Source: the human T2T-CHM13v2.0 reference genome, Homo sapiens
Direction: 5' to 3' (one strand)
DNA length: 64,000 nucleotides
NCBI RefSeq assembly: GCF_009914755.1
Contig: NC_060929.1
In this document: piece by piece, positions 55,901 to 64,000 of the stretch
Position numbering within the stretch: position 1 is the stretch's first letter
How the letters are laid out: each line of letters starts with the position of its first letter
Made by a program: the position numbers and the translations under genes
Notes under the pieces: generated by a model
Database searches by the model: none
The model's input: the letters and a program-made list of their open reading frames with translations, nothing else
Told to the model about the DNA's origin: nothing

Positions 55901-56885
55901 AGCTATGGGTGTCAAGGACCTCATATTCTTCTCTAGTCCTCATTTTCTTGGCCTTGGGCTTCCCTAAGAACTCCTCAAGAGTCTGTGTCTTGCAGCTCCT
56001 CTATTTAAATTACCAAATTTCCCACGTGCTTCCTTGAAGTCCCCACATCTACACCTCCCAGTGAAAGCCCTGGGATGCTCAGCCTCTGCTTTTTCATCAC
56101 CTGCACTTCTTAGTTCCCTGGAGGGAGCACATGCTGGGATCATGGGGTTCATCAGAGGAGGACGGAAGAGGAGCATTCATTCAACAGCAATGGAGATAAG
56201 GTCGTCAAATAGTGACTTTCTTGGACATGAACCATTGTGGCTGGCCAATGCAATAAAGCCTCATATTTGAACATTATTTGTGCACTTAATGGAAGTTTCT
56301 ATGTGTTTTATATCACTTAATAATCTAAGGGATGGGAAGTTCTAACGTGGCCATGTCCTGCTCACTGATGTGTGCCTGGCCTAGCATCATGTCAAGCCCA
56401 TAGAGAGGGGTCAAGAACTATTACATCAAAACAATCTATTTTACAAATGAGGAACTGGAGCTTCCTTATGTGAATGCTTCACGAGCCTATCTATATAACT
56501 TTCTGTGCTCAAACGTGGAGGCATCTCCAGAAGTAACCAAGGCAACGTCTGCACCTCAAAATGGACAAGAAGACCTACTAACTCCTGTCACCCTACAGTT
56601 GCTCCTGATAACCACTGAGAATACACATGGAGAATCATGGTGGAAGGGACATCTTTGAAGCTCTCCTGACTGAGACTTTAAGACCTAAATGAGCTTTCCT
56701 CACCTGTTTGAGAACAGGCAGTTCTGTGGACCTTAGCCCTGAGCCAATGAGAAGGGGTCTCACTCTGGAGCAAACCCAGGTACACTTCTTCTCAAAATAC
56801 TTGTTTACCACAGTTCACAGGAAAACATGGCAATGAGTGTCAAGGAGTGGGCAGAAAACATAGCTTGTATGCCTATACCACTGGC

Positions 56886-57197
56886 TCCAGCCCATGTGAC
56901 TCTAATTGCTGCAGATCCAGCCTTGTGACTCTAATCACTGTGGATACAGACCTATCACTCTAATCCCTGCAGATCCAGCCCATGTGACTCCAATCACTGC
57001 AGATCCAGCCCTGTGACTCCAGCCACTGTGGATCCAGCCCTGTGACTCTAATCACTGCAGATCCAGCTCACTTGACTTTAATCACTGCAGATCCAGCCAC
57101 GTGACTCTAATCACTGCAGATCCAGCCACGTGACTCTAATCACTGCAGATCCAGCCCTGTGACTCTAATTGCTGCAGATCCAGCCCACGTGACTCCA
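56886..57197. repeat. VNTR, 29-30-bp unit, ~10.5 copies
   Basis: Repeated 'tccagccc(a)(t/c)gtgactctaatcactgcaga'. Confidence 0.95.
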
Positions 57198-59249
57198 TTC
57201 GCTGGCCCCAAGAGAGGGAAGCCTGCGAGACCACGGGCCTGGGGAAGCTAGTCGCACGGGTGTGCTGACTTGAGTAGAAGTAGCCCACTAACAAGGTGCT
57301 GCAGGCTGGCAGCTGAGCCGGATGCTGACAGTGGGAGGTGGTGAGTCCCTCAGGCTGGTGGAATGGCAATGAGAACTCAGGATCTGGCCAGGAAGCAGCT
57401 GCCCCCGAGGCTGAGGCCTTTCCCGGAGGTTTCTGGAGCCCTGTCCTCTCTGGTTTCCAGTCTCTAGTAGTGCCCCATTGGGCAGCAATGAAGAGCCCCA
57501 CTGTGGCCATGACCTGGCCTAGTCCTCCCTGGAGCATTTGGGCCAGCTCATCTGAACGGGGCTCCCATCTCACCAGAACATTCTCATAAACAATACATTA
57601 TCTCAATCCTGGGGGAACCATCACTGGACAAGTCCAGCTTGTCCTAAGGTAAGCGACTGTCAGAACCTGAGGCCTTAGAATTTCACACCTCCCCCAGCCC
57701 CCACACGAGCTCCTGGAGCTCCACACACACACTGGTTCACACTGTCAGGAAATTACGGTGCCAGCCTGCATGGCTGCTGCATCTCCTCGACGCCACCGGA
57801 GGCTTCCTGGTCTCCGAGGTTCCTTTCACAGGCACACCTGAAAGAGGGTTGCAGAGTAGCAACACGTGCCGCATGTTTAAGTAAAATAGGGTTCCTTTTC
57901 CTTAAATATTTAACAAACCCTTCAGGATATACGTGGACGTAATTGAAGCATCTCAAGTAAGCGACCAGCCAAGTTTCCAAGATTTAACGTTATCTGAATT
58001 ACTATTCTAAAAATAAAGTTTTCTTATCTGAAAAAAAATGGCGATCAACAAACACTAGCAAAACAAAACAAAACGCCCTTAACTGTCTGGGAACTGTATT
58101 TGAAATTGACATTCAGGAAAATATTGCCTATAAAAAGCAGCTGCCACTGTTGGGTAAAACTTACACTGGGTATGACACAGAGAAAGTGAAGGTGATATCC
58201 AGGCGCGGGGCTTCATGAAGTTGGTCACAGAGGGAACCAGCACCAGGACGGAGCCAAAGGCGGTGTGAAGTACTCCCTGCAGCCCCATTCCCTAAGGAGG
58301 CTGGCACCTGGACAGGCGTCTGCCCTGAGCATTTCCCCTGCCTCCCTCGCTGTCTCCTTTCCTCTCCCAACTGCCACCTCCGGTCACCCCGACACCTGCA
58401 AAGCCTCCCACTTTTATCTGTCTAAGGATGACATCGTGCAAATGCCCTTTCTCAGGCCACTCTTGCAGGCAGTCACTGGGATCTTCCATGATGGGCCAGA
58501 TGTGTCGCTACACATGGATGCGGCTCTTTCCTGGGGCGTCTGGGGCAGGTGGGGACAGCAGACATTACAGCCAGTGACAGTTGGGGACTTAAACCCACAG
58601 CAAAGCCCAGCACATCCTCCTGGGGCTGGGGAATGAAGTTTAGATGTTCATGCCTTGCTTTCTTCAAAACCTGAAATTACTGTGGATGAGCTTACAGTAG
58701 ATATACCTCAGCAACATGTGCAATAATTAGTGAAAAATAAATGTGCACTTAAGTATTAATGAAATAAATATTTAGCAGGTTATTTGAGATCTTGGTTATA
58801 TCCTGAAATGTTTAAAAAATAATGAGAGGTTTATTAAATCTTTAAATGATGACTCCATAAGAGTTCTTGCAATGTACCTTTCTTCCTAAGTTCAGAAAAT
58901 AGAGATTTGTTTTCCAAAGATTGGTGAGCCAACCCTCAGAACAGAAGCTGGAGACAGATGCCCTGGACAGAATGACGAGATCTATGAGAATCTGAAAAAC
59001 AAGGACTCAGTCACTAGGAACAGGAAGCAAGAGGGACACAGAACAGAGTTAGGGCCTCGCCACATCACTGAGCTGTCTGGAGGACACAGATCTGAGCGTG
59101 GTCTTCAGAAACGAGTGCTGGGATGCCACCACAGAGCTCACCCAGGGGAGCTGCTGACTGCTACAAAGTGGAGCGTGGGGAGCTCAGGCTGCCAGGACAA
59201 ACATGCACAGGTGGGGGCTTACCCAGCAATATCCCCTCTCATGGAGCCG

Positions 59250-59445
59250 CAGGCTGGGAAGTCCAGGAGGAAGGTGCAGCTGTGGCTCTGGCCAGGGCTC
59301 CTCCTGGCTGGTGGAGAGCTGCTTCCTCCTGTGTTTTCGTGCAGTGGGGAGAGGCTGAGGGAGCTCTCTGGGCCCCACCCTCACGACACAATCACCTCCC
59401 CAAGGCCCCATCTCCAAATGCCCTTCCCTGGGGGTCAGGAATTCA
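59250..59445 (-). mobile_element. Degenerate MaLR LTR fragment (MLT1A/MST-like)
   Basis: 'gctgggaagtccaggaggaaggtgc..ccctcacgacacaatcacctcccaaggccccatctccaaatgcc'. Confidence 0.5.
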
Positions 59446-60904
59446 TCCCAGACCTGCAGGGGATTCTAGAAAAGCCGTAGTGCAGCCTCATGGAAGGCCC
59501 CTGTAGAGCCACCACCTTGCAACACTGGGAAAAAGGGACATCAGCCGCCAGGGTAAGGGAGACGCCAGTGATCCAGGCCTGCACCAGAAACACAGACCCC
59601 AGCCTCCCCTGCCGTGTCCCAGTCAGCCCCGGGCTCAGGTCCTGATTAGGTGAGCTCACAGACAGGTCTCGGCTGCACCAGTGTCTGGAAAGGGACATTT
59701 TGGTCTCAGACTTTGTGGAACAGGCTTTCACCAGAGGCCCCTGGAACTGAGGCTGGGCCAGCAGCCTGGAGCCCCGCAGTCCACATGCAGGTTGGTGGCA
59801 GGGTGCCCGGCCGGCCTTCTGATTCGCTGCTATGTTTAGTTTTTGCCTGGATCTAGATGCTACAGCATGCATCTTCGTTCCAGGAGGGGAAGCCCTCAGA
59901 ATCCCCTCTGAGCCCTGCTTTAGTGGGAGGCAGATGCTAGGTGGCCACAGGTGAGCTCCTCAACCAGCCAGTGACAATAGTCTATAAGGGGAATTTCAGT
60001 AATACCTGCCAAACAAACCACTGTCACAGAGAGTGGATGGGAAGAAGTTGCTTGAGTGGGAGGGTCCCTCAGGCTCCATGAGGATAAAGAAACTATGCAG
60101 TGTCCTCCGCCCAGAGGGACGCGTCCCTGCGGGCACACCCATCCCCCTAGACACTCTGAAAACCCAGGAAGCCAAAGCCCTTGGCACACTCAGTTTCTTA
60201 TGTTTGAAAACTGCTGCTCTGCCTCATGGTAAACAACACCCTTCCTCAGGTGACCCCTCCACATACTGTGGGTCAGTGTGTCCCTGCCACAACAGTAGAC
60301 AGAAACACACATGCACAGGTGCACGCTCACGCACGCACCTCTCGCGCCATCCCTTACGCACAGGCAAACTGTGCTCTGCTGAGGCTTCACGTTCGTCTTG
60401 CCTTTTTTTGTTTGTTTTTACCATGAAGGATTCCCACCGATTTAAAAATGAATAAAGTTGGAAGACACCTCAGGAAGCACACAGTGCCTCCTGAAGTGAG
60501 AGAGTGGCGCCTGAGGAAAGTCTTAGGTGGTAGAGTTTAAACGGTGTGAGTCTCACAGATGGGTTCCACGAGCTGGACAATCATTAGTTCTTTTGTAGGG
60601 GGATATTGGAGAGACGACATAGGTCGGGATGCAAGCCCCAGGACAGGGCCTCTGATAAGACCTCTGGACACAGGAGGAAGATCCCATTTTCCTATTTTTC
60701 TAAAAAAAGAATAGGAAAGGAAAAACCCTGAAGTCAGATGAAAAGCGGCCTCCACGTGCGTAACCTTCAGCACTCCGCTCACCTGGAGAGCCTCTACCCA
60801 CAATGCACTAAGTGGATGATTAAAAAGAAATAGGGGCTTAACGGAGGGTAAGTGCGGGGTCCCCAGAGCTCCGCGAGCGCTGAACCGTGCGGCTACAGCT
60901 GTCT

Positions 60905-61450
60905 CCACACAAGCCCGACATTCTTTATTTATTTGTTATGAAATATTTATGGGTGTTATGAAAGGTTTAAAATAATGTGTCTGTCGCTCTCTCTCCCTTC
61001 TGTCTTTTCCCTTTGGCCCCGGCACACTGTTTTCCAATGCATAAATAATTCTGGGCTCTGGACAGCGGGGCGGCACATTAGGTGGGGTGTATCTGCTGTA
61101 TCACATTTTTTCTGCCTGAGAGAAAATATCATTCCTCGTAATTTTCTACACTTATACAATCGGCGTTGACAGTAAATAATTGATGTATGAATTTAGGACT
61201 AAACTCCAACACAATATGACTCTATGTCAAGGGTTACTCCCAGCAGATTTTGAGCTAAATCATCTTGCAAAATGGGTTCTTTCAATGGGAGAAAAAAAGC
61301 TTTTTGAAATTATTTTAATGGAAAACTGGGACCTCCGTGCAGCTCCCCTTTTGATGAGGTCTTGCTTTGCATGGCTGGTATTAAACCAAGCAGTCTGCCC
61401 ATTATGAGATTGGAAATGTTTCATTTGTGATCACAAATGGATTTTTTGGG
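60905..61450. promoter_or_regulatory. Candidate conserved non-coding element / enhancer
   Basis: Repeat-free AT-rich block dense in TTTATG/TAAAT/TAAT/TGACAG motifs, preceded by a CpG-rich patch at 60840-60900; inferred only. Confidence 0.35.
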
Positions 61451-61507
61451 GACTGACACAAGCTGTTTTTATCCTGCTCATCCTTTTTTTCTTTTCTTTT
61501 TTCTCTC

Positions 61508-61509
<2 letters not shown>

Positions 61510-61546
<37 letters not shown>
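61510..61546. repeat. (TG)n microsatellite
   Basis: Pure TG run. Confidence 0.97.
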
Positions 61547-61549
<3 letters not shown>

Positions 61550-62856
61550 CGCACAGTGGCGTTTGTATGTGGTAGGCTGCCCTCTGCTTTTCATCTTAGT
61601 ATCTTCCATAGAAAGTACAATTATGATTTAAATTACAAGCCAGATATATTTGCAACTTAAAGATATATAACTAGCAGAAAGGCTTTAGATAAAGGGCTCC
61701 GTATTCCCTCCCATTGCTGCAATTAAAACACTTTTCAACATGAAAAGGAAAACTCCAGACCAGGAGGGGAAGAGTGGAAACAGGAGAGGGACCGCTTTCG
61801 TGAAATGGTCAGAAGAAAAACACTTTCCGTCTTCACAGCTCTAACTGAAAGGCAGCCAAGAAGATCAAAGAAAACAAATTGGGTGAAATTCTCTGTTGGT
61901 TTTACTGTACTGTGGGGGTAAGGAAGATCTGAAACTATCAAAACTCTTTATTTATGTAATTTCATTTTTGCTGAAACTAAGATACAATTATTTAAAGCAA
62001 GGCCTTCTCTTCTTTGAATAAATCTTATATTTATAATTATTTTATCTAGTATTTACAATTATATTAAATTGTATTTATTTATACCGCTCCTTTTCTTTAA
62101 AGATTATTCAGATCTTTGATATAATGAATTTAATTAAATTTGTAATATGAACTAAGAAATATAATAAAATTCAAAGCCTCCTGGAAAAAGTCCTTTTGAT
62201 ACAGGCAAAAATTGCCTTAACAGGAAATTGAAATGCCTGCTTCCCTTTTAACCTTCTTCCCCTACTCTTCCTCTTCCTCCTCTCTCTCTTTCACTTTTCT
62301 TTTCCTCGATTCTCTCTCTGAGGAAATACATGCCTCTAATTTCATTCTATAGGTGGCACTCACGTCTCTATGCACGAAGTTCTGAAGAAATTTCAGGCCA
62401 AAAACTTGTCTGTAAAAAGTCCTTGATCTCAGAGAAGTGTATTGATTTCTGAAAAACATAACACCCATTTCTGTAAAAATAAATTTTAAATGAGCTCTCT
62501 TAAGTAAAGTTATTCAATTTATACCTTTATTTGTATGTGGTGATAAGTAATTTCAAGAGTGGTGACAAATGAGTTTTATGTAACAGAGACTCTGAGCCAC
62601 ATGCTGAAGTATATGTGCATGCACATGTGTGTGCACCTGCGTGTACATGTGTGCGTATGGAGGGCATGCATGCGTGGGTGGGCACGTGCAGGGGTATGTT
62701 TGTGTTTTCAGTGTTCACACCAGAGAGAGCAGGTATTCAGGAAAAACCTCTTCCTGAAATAGGCTGGCTGGAGCCCCCTGGGGTGACGGCTCCCGGCTGT
62801 GTGGGCTGTCTGCCCTCAGGCACAGTGTGGTGTGGGGGCACCTGCCTCTGCCCGCA

Positions 62857-63135
62857 TGTGTGTGTATGCACGTGTACATGCATCTGTGTGTGTGCACGTG
62901 TGTGTGTGTGGAGTGAGCGTCTGTTAAGTGTTGGTGACAGGGAGGTTAATCAACATGAAACTGTTTACTGCCGTGATTCCTACGTGTGTGTATGCACGTG
63001 TACATGCATCTCTGTGTGTGCGTGTGTGTGTGTGCATGTGTGTGTGTGTGTGTGTGTGTGTGGAGTGAGCGGCTATTAAGAGTTGGTGACAGGGAGGTTA
63101 ATCAACATGAAACTATTCCCTGTCGTGATTCCTAC
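62857..63135. repeat. Two-copy tandem duplication (~127 and ~152 bp) with variable TG tract
   Basis: Both copies carry 'gtatgcacgtgtacatgcatc..ggagtgagcg..ttggtgacagggaggttaatcaacatgaaact..cgtgattcctac'. Confidence 0.9.
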
Positions 63136-63299
63136 AGTGGCTCCCTTACCAAGCTGGGAAATTGAATACAAGTCTTAGAACTCAGTTCCCCTTAGAGACA
63201 ATCTTGTCCAGAGGCTTCCTGACATGTGTGAAGAAACAGAAGCCCATGGAATTCAAATCACTTGCCCCACACCCAGAGGTCAGAGCCCTGGAGGCTGTG

Positions 63300-64000
63300 T
63301 CCATATGTGCGCATGCGTGGATGTGTACCATGTGGACGTGTGTGTGTGTCTCTGTGTATGTGGATGTGTACATTGTGTGTGTGTCTCTGTAATACACACA
63401 GATATACAGAGAAAAATAAACACACATACACATACAGAGACACACACACAATGCCGTTGCATTGGCATTGCTCTCCCGTGTCCCGGGTGGCCTTGCTGTG
63501 GAGCGCCTGGTCGTCCTGTGTGCCAGTGTCAAGCTTGTTAATTAGGCTGAGCGTGTGTGTATTTTTCTCTGTATATCTGTGTGTATGTGTCTCTGTATGT
63601 GCATGTGTGTATTTGTCTCTGTATATCTGTGTGTGTATGTGTATGTGCATGTGTGTGGGTGTGTACTTGTCTCTGTATATCTGTGTGTGTGTGTCTGTAT
63701 GTGCATGTATTTGTCTTTGTATATCCGTTATGCGTGGATGTTTGTGTGTATGTGTCTCTAGGTGAGTGTGCATGTGTGTGCGTGTGTGTGTGTATGAGTG
63801 TGTCTCTGGGTGTCTGCTCATTTGTCTCTGTATGTGCATGTGTGTGGGTGTGTGTGTCTGTATATCTGTGTGCGCATGTGTCTCTGTATGTGTGTGTATC
63901 TGTGTGCGTACGTGTCTCTGTATGTGTGTGTGTGTGTGCATATGTGTCTCTGTATATCTGCATGTATGTGTCTCTGTATGTGCATGCATATGGGTGTGTG
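63300..64000. repeat. Degenerate TG-rich simple repeat, with a CA-rich inverted patch at 63392-63453
   Basis: tgtg/tgta/tgca/tctc units to the window end; source of H/T- and C/V-rich ORFs. Confidence 0.95.

Noticed and set aside
56886-57197. CRISPR-like 30-bp periodicity
   Set aside because: Head-to-tail units without unique spacers, no cas genes, eukaryotic context
63182-63989. 243-aa His/Thr-rich and Cys/Val-rich ORFs
   Set aside because: Translation of TG/CA low-complexity repeat

Overview
Mammalian (primate, most likely human) non-coding genomic DNA. I find no credible host protein-coding exon, RNA gene or CRISPR array. The ORF track is explained by simple repeats, minisatellites, Alu/L1/ERVL remnants and chance GC-rich frames. 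Content: several L1 fragments (two with twin-priming inversions and target-site duplications), five Alus, MLT1/MLT2 LTRs, a 5'-truncated HERV-L (RNase H, integrase, dUTPase remnants plus 3' LTR), a 3-kb 17/34-bp minisatellite, other VNTRs, and several repeat-free, TF-motif-dense blocks that resemble conserved enhancers in a gene desert. The most unusual structure is at 33261-35183: an old MLT2A LTR split by a ~900-bp palindromic AT array and rearranged into an apparently perfect 306-bp inverted duplication. Smaller inverted, templated copies occur at ~20.1 kb and ~63.4 kb. I do not see evidence for a new protein-based biological system; subfamily names are from recalled consensus sequences and need RepeatMasker/Dfam confirmation.
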